A stretch of 32,087 nucleotides of DNA, from contig NW_024705605.1 of NCBI RefSeq assembly GCF_018977255.1, positions 1-32,087 of the forward strand, read 5' to 3'. The stretch comes from Callorhinchus milii (lineage: Eukaryota). The position numbers were made by a program, and so were the translations under genes. Below, one piece after another: positions 12,201 through 23,502 of this stretch (position 1 is its first letter; every line of letters begins with the position of its first letter). The notes beneath the pieces were generated by a model that saw only the letters and a list, made by a program, of their open reading frames with translations, did not search any database and was not told the DNA's origin.

Positions 12201-13025
12201 CGGTGTATCTCTCCAGAGTTTCCCTGATCGGTTCGGCCTTTTTATCTGACGAAAAAAGAGTATCAATAGAATCATTTCTAAAGCGTTCGCATTCCAGCCA
12301 TAGCTTCTCCATCCCATAGTATTAGCCTTTTTTATCTTACACAACTGAATCAGATTGTTTGTTGCTCAGTCACTTTAATTTTAAATCGTTGTTACTTATC
12401 TTCTCTCCTTTTATTTGAATTCGAACTTATCTTAATTTTGAAATCATGTTAGATTAATCAACCTGTTTTATCTCCTCCATTTCACGTCGCGGAGGTGTCT
12501 CGAAGTGGTTTCACATACGGTAACTGAAGTCATTGTGTAGTAAGTGTACAATTTGCGGGAGCGCAGCAATGGCCACAAGCAGTCGTGGATGACAATATTA
12601 TTTTGGGGGTGTGGAGAGAATATTACCCCGGAAGCAATCAGTGAATTGACTAACAACCAGATTCCTTCCTACCGCTAGAGCAGCAACAACAGCAACTCAC
12701 AGCTTATGTGTCGCATTTCACACGAGCTAGCGTCTCGGAGTGTTTAAAATGCGGAATTACCCGTGCCTCAGCTTCCATCCCTTGCTGACTCTACTGTGAG
12801 CAGAGGACACTGGTTGTCAAACACTGATTTGACTTTGGTGGAAGTGTGTCGTGAGACCTGCAGCTTCATGCGCTCCCGTTTCCTTGTGAACCCGTTACCT
12901 GCTAAGGTTAGATATTCCATCGATAGTGTATCTATATCTATTGTTGTCCTCGTACTCTCTGGGTTCATCTCTCTAGGTGTATCTGCTCCTTCTGCCATGA
13001 TGGGATCAGGGTGTGGTAGCTCCAT
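1596..13025 (-). CDS. NLR (NACHT-LRR) innate immune receptor, cartilaginous-fish NLRC3/NLRP3-like expansion type; spliced, 3' end outside window
   Basis: Exons 13025-12899, 12245-12076, 9881-9710, 9171-9106, 8753-7034 and 1682-1596 have GT-AG boundaries. Intron phases (1,0,1,1,2) join them into one open frame of about 780 codons with no stop. Confidence 0.88.
2778..3322 (+). mobile_element. L2-clade LINE 3' fragment (ORF2 C-terminus, 3' UTR, (TTG)n tail)
   Basis: IQNSAARVLSHTRLREHITPTLARLHWLPIPQRIDFKILILTYKAIHGLAPAYLSDLL...GGRAFS...LWNS...FKTGLKTFLF. Tail tgtacagcgccttggg...aaaggcgctcaataaat followed by (ttg)n. Confidence 0.92.
7034..8753 (-). CDS. NLR large exon: FISNA-like segment, NACHT, winged helix/HD2, first LRRs
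   Basis: Walker A GIAGIGKTT, Walker B LLFVFDGLDE, sensor-1 VLITNRP, CFKPSYCWI, winged helix YTFHHLTIQEFVAA, LRR LDLESCNIGAEG. Acceptor tacattcgag|AT GTT AAA; donor CTC AG|gtttgt. Confidence 0.95.
9106..9171 (-). CDS. NLR 66-bp linker exon
   Basis: ctctattccag|GT ACC AGT ... CTG ATA G|gtatga. Translates (G)TSLLGMSQCSGKLEPLSDRLI(D); phase 1-1 fits both neighbours. Confidence 0.78.
9262..9672. repeat. 30-bp minisatellite, about 13 degenerate copies
   Basis: Consensus near atcagtgtgtgtttgatgtataatatagat with a 30-nt period. Confidence 0.9.
9710..9881 (-). CDS. NLR exon 3, second half of helical N-terminal (death-fold/CARD-like) domain
   Basis: ctctttttcacag|CGC GTC ... GAA AAG G|gtttgt. Translates RVGHLAKRKRRKEASKYLLGVVTSVIGRAQRTLWETLVKMQENKPKVQKILKEIQEK. 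Confidence 0.85.
10255..10690 (-). mobile_element. CR1 LINE 3' fragment, degenerate
   Basis: Minus strand reads LESVQGRFIRIIQGMRDYNYLERIGKLRLFSLAQRRLR, the CR1 ORF2 C-terminal signature. Confidence 0.8.
12076..12245 (-). CDS. NLR exon 2, first half of helical N-terminal (death-fold/CARD-like) domain
   Basis: cttttttcgtcag|AT AAA AAG ... TAT AAG|gtatgc. Translates (D)KKAEPIRETLERYTDSQLNTVTLFYRQRIEEAMEEFVEAVALVLLKDRLLSTREYK. Confidence 0.85.
12899..13025 (-). CDS. NLR first coding exon (start at ATG 13025 or at ATG 12998, MAEG...)
   Basis: MELPHPDPIMAEGADTPREMNPESTRTTIDIDTLSMEYLTLA, then G|gtaacg donor in phase 1. An in-frame TGA lies just upstream. The acceptor tttgcatttcag at 13061 implies an upstream non-coding exon. 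Confidence 0.7.
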
Positions 13026-13944
13026 GCATCAAAGATAATTAATGGGCGCAGTCAAACCGTCTGAAATGCAAATGTCGAAGAATCGTTGCATAGGGAAAGC
13101 TGAAATAACTAGATTACACATCTCTTGGAATAACCAGATTGAGTTCAATGACATTAATCGAAACATCTATTGAGCGATCGAGGGAACAATAGACGGAGAA
13201 TTACAAGTTGACAGAGAGAGTCCTGGTCTCAAATGGAGGCAATGTCTTTGGTGATTTGCTCAAATTATTGTGTATCTGTGGGTTAGTCAGAAAGCTCATT
13301 GAGGGGTATCAGGCAGGGAATGATTCGATTGAAGGCAGTTTAGCTCACTTTAAAGGCAGAAAACGGAATAGCTTTGTTGATGATGGTGTTTATCATTAAC
13401 GTTGTTTAAAAGGAGCTGGTGTTTGATCCAGATGAACTGACGTTTTGATCAAGATGCGAAGTGAGAAAAGATTTGACGCAAGCGTGAAGGATGCACAGCA
13501 GATGAATGAGCTGGGCAGAGAATTGATGCAAAAAGCATGGTAAAGCTCTGTGTGACTGCACTGTGGAGGTGCTATGAGACTGACTATCGATGGTAGTCAT
13601 TGGACATTTCCTCAATGATGGAGTGAATGAGTACAGTACGGGGTCCGTCTGAAGAGACATCAATGGTTGTTGGGATGAGAAATGAAGATTTATGAACAGG
13701 ATTCGCTAAAGAATTTTCCATCAGGTGACAGGTCTATTTGTGTCCCGATCCTCAGTTTCTGGAGAGGATAAAGAATTTGCCATGTATAATAGATTGGGAA
13801 CGCTGAGAGGATACATTGCATCCTGAAGAATGCTAAATATGTGTCGCAAGACCCCTTTTATTGTTGGGGTAAGGGTTAAGTGATTATTGTACCCGGAAAA
13901 GTGAATCGCCAATTGACTAACAACTGGAATCCGACATACTCCGA

Positions 13945-14345
13945 GTTAAACAACAACAACAACACATCATAACAACACCAGCAACAACTTGCACTTATAT
14001 AGCGGCCTCCATGCAGAATAACGTCTCGGAGCGCTCAAGAGTGGTGGAGCCCGACTCCAAGACGTGGGATGGTGTACGTGGCTGTAAGTACGTTCAAAGA
14101 GCAAAGGTTTTAGGCGAAACGTGAAAGAGCGGAGACTGGGAGCAAGATGGAGGAATTGAGAGAGTGTTTTCCAGAATTTGAAGAAGTATTGATTGAAGCC
14201 TCCGAAAATGGATCGCAGGGTGCGAAGGTTGAACATGAGGCCGATACCGTTCAAGTGGAGACACCGGGTGGAGGATTGGGGAGTGTAGATGTCGGGAGGA
14301 AGTGAGGTGATGAGATTTAAATACGGGTGTGAGGATCTTGAAGTC
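13945..14345 (-). mobile_element. Degenerate L2 LINE 3' end
   Basis: Minus strand ...FWKTLSQFLHLAPSLRSFTFRLKPLLFERTY resembles the L2 C-terminus. It is followed by a gccgctatataagtgcaagttgttg tail and (ttg)n. Confidence 0.65.
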
Positions 14346-14349
14346 GACA

Positions 14350-14497
14350 AATATGTTACACTTGTATAGCGCCCTTGATGAAAGAAACAGACATGTGGAG
14401 TAAGGAAACTTGCCTAATGTTTGGCCCCGGCCGCGAATCGAACCCAGGTCCTCTCCATTCCTCGATAAGTGTTCTATCCTCTAGCTACCGGACTTCA
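14350..14497 (-). mobile_element. tRNA-derived SINE, short/internally deleted
   Basis: Reverse complement has gtagctagaggataga (A box), gggttcgattc (B box), then ggcaagtttccttactccac and an L2-like tail ggcgctatacaagtg. Confidence 0.7.
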
Positions 14498-15034
14498 CGA
14501 TCCCATGGCAGTGAAGGGACTTCCTGTTTCGCAGTATCCTGGCCAACAATTTACCAGATAATATAATCACACACTTCATGATAGTTTGTGGGATGTTGCA
14601 GTTTGCATATTGTCTGCCACTTATGACTTCATAATGCACAGTCAATACACTTTGGAGAATATCCTGTAAAGCACTCTGATGAGATGCCCACTGTTGTGGT
14701 ATAGGGTCTTATCACATGATCCCAACATTCCAGCACCACACATGATTTATTCAAATTATTGTGAATTGATCAGCACGTGCACCCCAGTGTCTCCTATACA
14801 ACCACTGTGTGAGTGCTTAAACGTATTTTAGGGATTCGTTTGGGCAATACACTGGGGAAATTCACTGCAATTTTCAAATTGTGCCGTGGAGCCTTTAGCA
14901 ATCACCTGCAATAGGGAAAAGGAATTTAGTTTAACTTCTCATCTCAAGCACAAAATCTCCAACAACGCACTTATTGTCACATTAACTAATTTCATTGTTT
15001 ATTTTTCCACAGCAGTCACTGATGCCAGAGGACG

Positions 15035-15670
15035 TCCCAGTTCACCCCATGGTGTCCTCATCAACATTGGCACTCAAATAGTTCACCAGCTCAGCACATG
15101 GTGCCCTCACCAGCACAGACGCTTCGCCAGCTCAACACCATGTCACCAACAGTGACACACACACACAATTCACACTCTCAGCTGCATGGGCCACACTGAC
15201 ATACACACACACTTCATCCACTCAGCTGCAAGGACCAACACTGACACCCACCCACACACACACTTCACCAACTCAGCACCAAGAATAACACAGATATACA
15301 CTGCAACAGCTCAGCACCATATCACCAATTATGATTCCAATTTCACCCACTCAGCTCCATGGAGAAACACTCACACACACACATTTCAACAGCTCAGCCC
15401 CATGTCAGCAATACTGCCCCACCCCCCCCCCCCCCCCACCCCACACACACACACATACAATTTACCAGCTCAGCCCAATGTCAGCAACACTGACACAGAC
15501 ACACAAACACACACACTCAACATTCTCAGCACCATTGTATCCTCACCAAACTAACGCACAATTCATCCTCTCAGCCTCGTGTCACCAACATTGACAAACA
15601 CACACACACTTCACCAGCTCAGCATCATGGTGTACTAACCAACACGTACACATACTAACATTACCAGCCA
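15035..15670. repeat. Degenerate ~45-55 bp minisatellite
   Basis: cacacacttcaccagctcagcaccatgtcaccaacactgacac recurs with variable CA spacers. Confidence 0.8.
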
Positions 15671-16009
15671 GAAGAGGTCAATTTTGAACTTGGAGATCAC
15701 AGTCCACTCACTCGCTCTCAACTTTCGCTCATCTGTACAATATTTATTACCTCAAGCGTATATGTAATTGATTCCCAGGTTAATTGTGGACAAACTAGGT
15801 ACAAACTATCGTGACGCAAATGAGACTATTTGAAAAATTGTTGGCCAGAAACCTGCAAAAACAGAATTATAAAATATTCGTCCAGCACAGAGGGAATCTC
15901 CGTTCAACCTTTCACCAGAAAGACACAGCCCCTGACAGTACAAACGAATTCCACTGGGAAAACATAATTCAATCCCGCTACAAAGGCAATATAATTACTG
16001 CTTATTATA

Positions 16010-16385
16010 TTTACATTTGATAGATTGCTTTCAGGACTCCCAAAGCATTTCAATTAATTTATTGTGAAGTGTAGTGAAGGTGAATTTGTGGGAGAATGTA
16101 ACAGCCAATTCATGCATTGCAGTATCCCACAAAGAGCCACAATACTATTTGACCTTTTGAGGGTAACGAAACCAGGAGAGAATCCATTTCTTTCGAATGG
16201 TGCCCTTTGATCTTTAATGTCCACCTGTACAATAAGGCAAGCTTACACCTCTGATAATGCAACACATACAAACATTGCATTGTTGTCTCGGCTTAGACTT
16301 TGTGAGTTCAGGTCCTGACTTGGGGTCGAACCCACAGCCTCCTGACATAGGGGAGAGAGTGCTACCGTTGTGCCAGGCTGTCACA
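16010..16385 (-). mobile_element. tRNA-derived SINE, SacSINE1/DeuSINE-like
   Basis: Reverse complement head tggcacaacggtagcactctctcccctatgtcaggaggctgtgggttcgacccc, core ctttgtgggatactgc, tail actacacttcac...gctttggga. Family name is from recall. Confidence 0.65.
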
Positions 16386-17084
16386 TGTTGCCCATTGCCC
16401 TGCGACGTGTAGATCGTGGTGAGCATTCTTTATTAACCTGCTCTCTTGAGCAGTAAGACAATTCAGCCCATCCACTGAGCTCTGAGCTCTTCGCTTCCGT
16501 TCCTTTGAACCTCAATACCCAGTGAAACGTTATCAAGGCCAACAGGCATTGTTGCCATTTATGGATATTTTCGGGCCATGCAATTGTGTGTTGGGATCTC
16601 GACTTCGGACCAGGTAGCTCATGCACGTTTCACTGAGTTTCTTAAAAGTCAGCAACATAAGAAGCAACTTGAAAAAAAAATTCTACTTGTGGGGAAAGAG
16701 AAGTATAATGGCGGCATTCGGGCGGGAAGATTAAGATTGAGCAATACATCTAATTTCCCATCGCATGAAAGATAGTGAGCAACATTCAAAAAGGTTCAGT
16801 TTCTCTACACCATCTCCAGAATCACATAAGACTGGAACTCCGAGATCGAGGGATGGTTGTAAACCAGCGTTACATAAACCAGAGAACTTCAGCTACAAAA
16901 AGAGACGTGTCAGAGAAGACGGCAAAACAATATAGTTGCTTCACGGGAACAGCATCACGAAACAATTCAAAAGCAGTGTGGTATCTGAGCTGAATTCATT
17001 TTTGAGCCTGGTGTCTGACACGCGTGAAAACCCATCAACATTCTGAGCAATAACCAAACCGAATTGACCTTTCCGTGCATCCCA

Positions 17085-17285
17085 CCTAAACATGCGCACA
17101 GCAGTGACCCACAAACAGTCGTGGATTGAAAATGACGAATTTATTTTTTTTGTTTGGGAGGTATTACTATTAATAGGAAGAGTGTGGAGGAAGGGAACTT
17201 GCCCAAGATTTCGCCCTGCCAGGAATTCAACTCAGGTGTCTCACTTGCAAGGCGAGTGCTCTAACCACTGAGCTATAGGACTCCA
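17085..17285 (-). mobile_element. tRNA(Ala)-like SINE, 5' half
   Basis: Reverse complement ggagtcctatagctcagtggttagagcactcgccttgcaagtgagacacctgagttgaattcctggcagggcgaaa, then ttcaatccacgactgtttgtggg. Confidence 0.8.
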
Positions 17286-17755
17286 TTAACAACTGACCAA
17301 CAATAATTTGCATTTATTGCCGCTGGTGTCGCAAACTATTCAAAAATGCAGCCACTTTACGACTGTATTTAACCACAGTCAGATTTATAATTTTTTTGTC
17401 ACCAGTCCAATTTAGCGCACTAATGTCCTCTGTGCTCTATCTTTCTGTTCCTAGCCTTTGAACCTCATTTGTGCAATAGTCAGTGAAATGTTATCAAGGC
17501 TAACAAGCCCTTCATGGATATTTGCAGTTAATTTAACTATGTCTCTGGACTTCGGAACAGGAAGTCCATGAGATTTTATTGAGCTGCTTCAAAGTCAATA
17601 ACACAAGAACCATCTTAACAAAAGCAATGTCTACTTGTGGAACAGAGAAACAAATTGGCGGCATTTGGTCGGGAAGATTAAGTCTGAGCATTAAATCTGA
17701 GGTCCCACAGCATAAAAGCTGGTGAGCAACATTCAGAAAAAGTAAGCTCCTCAAC

Positions 17756-17809
17756 AACCTCTCCAGATGAAAACCAGACAGGAACCTCTCCAGATGAAAA
17801 CCAGACAGG
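17756..17809. repeat. Perfect 27-bp tandem duplication
   Basis: aacctctccagatgaaaaccagacagg twice. Confidence 0.95.
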
Positions 17810-18710
17810 ATAGGGATGAATTATGAACCAGGAATACATAAGCAAGGGAAATTCAGCCACACAAAAGACACATCAGAGAAGAAAAGAAAACAAAAGGAAC
17901 ATAAAAAATATAGTGTGGTTAAGGTGTGTAACACCTCGGAGAACTTATATAGCAGTGTGGTATTTGAGCTGAACTTTTTTGTTAAACCTAGTGTTTGACA
18001 CGCGTGAAATCCCATCAAAATGCTGAAGAGTATCCAAACCAAACTGAGGTAATCAATCATCTCACTTAAATATGGAAACCCTACCGATAGATTGTTGGAA
18101 TAGAATAATCATTCTCTCACGAGAGGGACGCAGTCTGCTTAATTAATTCTGGACATTATTAGGAGCAGGTTGGCAAGGACGTAATCTTGCGGGCACCGGG
18201 AGGACGGATTGGGGTAACTGCTGGAGTCTAACCAGATAAAACCTCAAAAAGGATGAGTTGAGGAAGTAGCAGAAAAATGGGCTGCCCAGATCCTTAAGGC
18301 AGTGCAGAGGTCAGCAACCAGGTTGATGGCTATTGTTAGTGGAATGAGCAAGATGTTGACAAGTTCAGAGACTGGCCAATGGGCCGGTCCACTATGGCTG
18401 ATGCTAACGCTCCACCCGATTGACCATCGCAAATTAACAGTATTTCGGAACAAGTTCACAAGTAGATGTTGGAGAGCATTTCTCACTTGTTCCGATGCTT
18501 GATCAATGGAGAAATGAATTAATGAAACAAATTACATTTAGCCTCTTCCCCGGTTACTGGTTCTATGATGGTTCAATAATGTTAAAGTGTCACTGAAAGC
18601 AAAGCAACAATTAATTGCATTTATATTGTGCCGCTCTTGTCACTGAGCACGTAAGAATGCAATTATATTTCCATTATTTTTCAGCCACAATCAGATCTAA
18701 TGAGACTCAC

Positions 18711-18775
18711 CTTCTTCGCTCCGAACTGACTGAGCCGCAGTTCCTGCCTCTGCTTCCCGAGCCTCGCAGTGATTT
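18711..18775 (-). other. Candidate 5' non-coding first exon of the NLR gene
   Basis: GC/CpG-richer patch ending in a perfect donor GAAG|GTGAGT (intron starts 18710), oriented toward the acceptor at 13061. The 5' boundary is approximate. Confidence 0.35.
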
Positions 18776-18787
18776 GGGTTCAGTGTT

Positions 18788-19228
18788 CTGGGCTGTACTG
18801 GTAATAACACACCTGGTCACAGTCCAGCAATAAATGTCTGGCTGTAAATCACAGCATCGCCCATTTCACTCTGACATGCCACAGCAACTGAACCTTTACC
18901 TGTTATAAAACATTACACTGAAAAGTTAGGGATTGTGTGCCTAAAACACCAATGTAAGATAGTTTGGAAACAAAAAATGGGATGTTTGGAGAACTTGTTT
19001 GGACTCACATTTGTTTGTTGGTTTACGGAAAGCACTGTCGGGAATTGAGATTGAGGCGGAATCTCTATCAGCTTTCAAAATAAATCCATATGCCTACCTA
19101 AAGGGGATGAATTAGCTTAAAGTAACTTTAAGTTAAGTAACTTTACTTTAAATGGGCAATGCTGTGATTTACAGCCAGACATTTATTGCTGGACTGCGAC
19201 CAGGTGTGTTATTACCAGTACAGTCCAG
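18788..19228. repeat. 79-bp inverted repeat with 283-bp spacer
   Basis: 18788-18866 is the reverse complement of 19150-19228 with 3 mismatches. Confidence 0.95.
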
Positions 19229-20744
19229 TGACTGGTGGGACCCTCCAGGTCCTGCCGATAAGCCAGATCGGGCTGTGCTGCTATCAGCAGTGAGTGCCCT
19301 GGGATAATATGGACACTCCTGGCTCGGGAACCAGGACAAGAGACCGTCCCAGAGGTCTGACTCCATTCCCACATTAGTTGCCAAGCTGCAAGTCAAGTCC
19401 ATTGAGACCATGTTCTCCTGCCCTCAAGGTGGAGAAGCGATTTTACTCAGATCATTGTGGGATGTTACACAGTGCAGTAAAATGCTACAGCAGATTTATA
19501 TTTCATTATTTGAACACACGGTAACGTAGAGTAAACAATTATATTCCTGTAATACACATCAGTCATCAGGAGAGATCTTACAGCATATGGTTTATCTGGT
19601 GACAATATTGTTGAGTGTTGGTCAAAGTTTTCCTTCATAAGAATGTAGGGAGAGCAACACATGTTAAAGATTATTTCATTAGAAATGGTGCTTCTCGGTC
19701 TTGCAACACTTTTACAAGCTGTTTAATGACTTACTGGAAACAAGGTGTGGTCTGTTATATCAGCTGTTGTGTCAGTGTTTCTCAACTCATCCTGAGAAAT
19801 CCTTTGGTTTACGCCAAAGATGTCACCTTCGGGCCAGCTCAGCTCCAAGCAGAACCCGCTAACCTCCCACACTTAAAGCAAACACGTATTCAATGACAAA
19901 TTGCTTGTGACAGTCGAGAGGTAAGGAGGAAAGTGAAGGGAGTAAAGATAAGAATACAGAAACTGGGAGCAAATTGACCTTCTTCTTGTCCCCCAACCGG
20001 TCCACCCCACCATCGACAATTGAGCCTTCATCGTCTCAACCTCCACCATCTGAAATTCTATCACACAGTCACTGCAGATCGCTGCTTTCCTTGACTGCTT
20101 CAAGACCAGTCACAAGACACTCCTCCTCTACCAAGCATGCATTCAGCCACCCTTGTATCCATACACTTACTGCCCTCAAGCCCTCCTGATCAAACCACCA
20201 GCTCGTGTCCAAAACTCTCACTGTCCAGTGCGATGGAACGTCCTCCTGACATGAAAGGAACTGGGTCAATGTAATTTGTTGTTTCAGCAACACTTCTTCA
20301 TAAGCAGCCTAGTCAGAAATGGTCTCTCTTCTGATTATCTGCAGCACTGAAATGGCAGGAGAGCGGATGATTTTGGGAGGCAGTCTGCTGTCGGTCACAT
20401 AAATTACCTGCACTGAGATCTCTGGCTACGCCCTCACTTTCCCTGGAATATCCTCAAACCCGCAGGGAACGCTGCACACGACTGAAGCCCAGGTTAGTGG
20501 GTGCCAAACATGTATGGATGGAGGAGGAGCTGAAGTAGGGATGGGGTCAAACCAGGAGGTGTTAAAATGCCAAACAATTATCTTGCAGGGACCGGCTTGG
20601 TACATGGGTCTGGATATGGAGCTGAGCTGGGAGGGGATGGGAGGGAAGCAGATTGGTTGCCATGGGTGTGAATGAGAGGAGAGGGGAACGGTTGACTGGC
20701 TGACCGTAGTCTGGAGCGGGAAACAAAACTTCTTCAGTTGATTT

Positions 20745-21015
20745 CAATACCATCTCACTCATTTTGAAATCTCTTCATACCATCGCATCTCCCAACCTCT
20801 CCTACCTGCTGTCCCCCCACTCCACCACTTAATGACACTGGCTAGATGGCTCTGGCATCTTGTTTTTCTCTCGTCCTGTCCGTTGCGCCATCAGCGGCCG
20901 TGCTTTCATCCACTAAAACAACTAATTCCGAATGTATCCTCGCCTACGGCTTTACATTGCCCTCGCTTTCACCAACTTCCGCCTAGAGATTCACTTTTTG
21001 ATCACGTTTGCAACG
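20745..21015 (+). mobile_element. Old L2 LINE 3' fragment
   Basis: ctcactcattttgaaatctcttcataccatcgcatctcccaacctctcc...atcagcggccgtgctttc...ctttttgatcacgtttg parallels the L2 copy at 2880-3160. Confidence 0.5.
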
Positions 21016-22539
21016 CCACTCCCTATGCTCCAGGTTAGGAAACAGACTTCGACAATATTAAGTTGCATTTAGGAAGTGCCCTTCATGCGGGTTAGTGTCA
21101 CACAGGACAGTATCCCGCATGAAGGGCGCTTTGTAAAGGCAACTTTTTCTTGCTGAGTTGCTCCATAGGATCAAGATTGAATCGGAAACCAAGATACGTC
21201 AGAAGAATACATGATACCGTTAAATAAACTGATATTTGTATTTGCAAATTGTTATTGTTTTTCGATTCCAATAAATCTGTATTATCTTCCCATGTAAACG
21301 ACTGCAATCAATCTCTTTTTCTCTAACTCTATCGATCCATAGACCTGCACCCACACAGCAACGATATCGTTGTTTGACGAGAGGCTTGGCTTACGGGAAC
21401 CCAGAGTATGTTTGGGGTAACACTTGGGAATTAGGCTATTTAACCAGTTCAAGTCATAGGTGCTTCCTATGCGAAGGTATTATGCAAATGTCAACTGTGT
21501 TGGAATTATAGTTAACGTCTGTCAAGCTTTCCCGCTGCGTGTCCAGCTGAGACCACACTACCAGCTCGTGAAGGCTTTGCCTCCAGGGATAACATCGCTG
21601 ATTGTGAGGCAATACTCCCAATTTACTGTTCTGCTCTCCCGGGCCCTGTCGATGAGCCATGCTGGGTTGTGTTGACATCAACAGCTCCCCTTGGACACTG
21701 TGGGCGCATCTGGCTCAGGAAAAGTACTGGAGACAATCAGAGTGGTCTGGCTCGACTCTGAAATCCATTATCAAGCTCCAGATCTAGTACAGATCAGGCA
21801 ATGACTGGATTGATGGGTGTGTGAAACCAGGTTGCTGTGAGTACATGGAAAGAGAGATCTGTATCGTTTAGTTGTTATGCTGGAGTTCAGGAGAGTGGCA
21901 CAGCGGGCAATTGAAAATTAAGGTGGGGCGTGACAATAGATATATTGGTCTTATTGGCGAAGACGTGTCATCTGGGCCATCGTTTCTGATCGCAAAAGTG
22001 ATCAACTGTACACGCTAGTGATTTTATACTGCACGTTTTGGCAGGTGGCAATATTCTTGAAAGTTGGTGAAAGGTTTCTTTGATAACTATGGAAGGAGAG
22101 CCATACAATTAAAAAAAAAATTTAACTTGAACTGGTCCTTTTCTGCATTGCAACACACTTGCAAGCTGCTTAGTGACCTACTGGAAACAAGGTGACTTCT
22201 GATATATCACCTGCTGTGTCAGTGTTTGTCAGCTCGCCCTGATTTATTGTGCATCAGCAACAGGAGGAGCTGTTCTGTGGAGCGGCCTGGATTACAACAA
22301 ACATGTCACCTTGGAGCCAGTTCAGCTCTAAGCAGAACCTGCTTACCTACCAGCCTCTGTGGGCAAAGGCATAGTCAAGGGGTTGGGTGTTGTTGAAAGC
22401 CGGCAGACAGGGAGGTCGAAAGTGTAGTGTGGGCGTTGGGTGGTTGTGGAGTTGGTCAAGTGAAAGAGACAATTGAATGTTTGTGCTGAGAAAGCAAAGC
22501 AAAAATATCAGTTTACTAATATATCACTGTGGTCCCTGG

Positions 22540-22860
22540 TCTATTGCGGAAGGAGGGGGTAGTGTGTCGCCTGGCTGGAGGGTAGTTTTGGGTGGGGAAG
22601 GGGAGATTATGTGGATGGAGCGGGGAGAATGTGTGCGGGGAGGGGAGATTGTGAGCTGAGGGAGGAAATTGTGTGGGGTTAGGCGAGATTGTGTGAGGGG
22701 AGATTGTGTGTGGGGTGGGAGGTGATTGTGTTTGGGAATGTGGGAGATTGCCTGAGGAGTGAATGCAGAGGTGAAGGGAGAGATCATGTGGGGAGGGGAT
22801 AGGGGAGGTTTTGTTACGGGAGATTGTATTTACAGCGGGGAGATTGTATGGGGGAACGGT
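22540..22860. repeat. G-rich gggagattgtgtg degenerate repeat upstream of TRIM (paralogous copy ~29570-29760)
   Basis: Many ggagattgt units among G-runs. Confidence 0.75.
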
Positions 22861-23502
22861 TAATGAACATGGACGTTGAGGCAGATGTGGGAATGGGGAG
22901 ATCTTCTAAAAGTTTTGATTAATCAGGAGTTATTAATCAGGAGAGTAAATGCCCAGGATGCCCCTCCTTTAGAGGGAATGTCCAAGTGTTCAGGAGAAGG
23001 ATCGGGATTATTGCTCTCTGTGTCTATTCCTGGTTCTATCTTTACTGGGATTCTAATCTTCGCCCTTTGACTCTTCGCCCACATTGGACCTGTTCTTTGG
23101 TGAACTTTGGTCCATTTCTACATCAAATATTTCTATCGTCCAAATCTTGGGCGTTATTCACAATCCTGGATACTCACTTAAAGCCGTGTGAATCAGAGTG
23201 AAGTGAACACTGTCACAGGGTGGGGGACACACAGCATAAAAACACTGAGACTGAAGCAGTTTGGAACGGAAAGACTCCGGGTGATCAGGGCTTCGAGACA
23301 ACATGTCCAGCGTCTGCCCGAGGAGCTAAACTGCGCCATTTGTCTGGAATTCTTTAAAGATCCTGTTTGCCTCGATTGAGGCCACACATTTTGTCGCTCC
23401 TGTATCACCCGGAGTTGGGAAAAGCAGGGAAAAAACTGCTGTGCGGAATATCGCCAAGTTATTGCTCAGAAGAATCTTAAGCTTAATCGGTCCTTGGCCA
23501 AA

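Noticed and set aside
17210..17285. tRNA-Ala(UGC)-like gene (similar heads at 14420-14497 and 31992-32070)
   Set aside because: Poor acceptor-stem pairing, and each continues into a shared SINE body.
18244..18502. Short ORFs on both strands
   Set aside because: No recognisable domain or splice context; possibly decayed LINE sequence.
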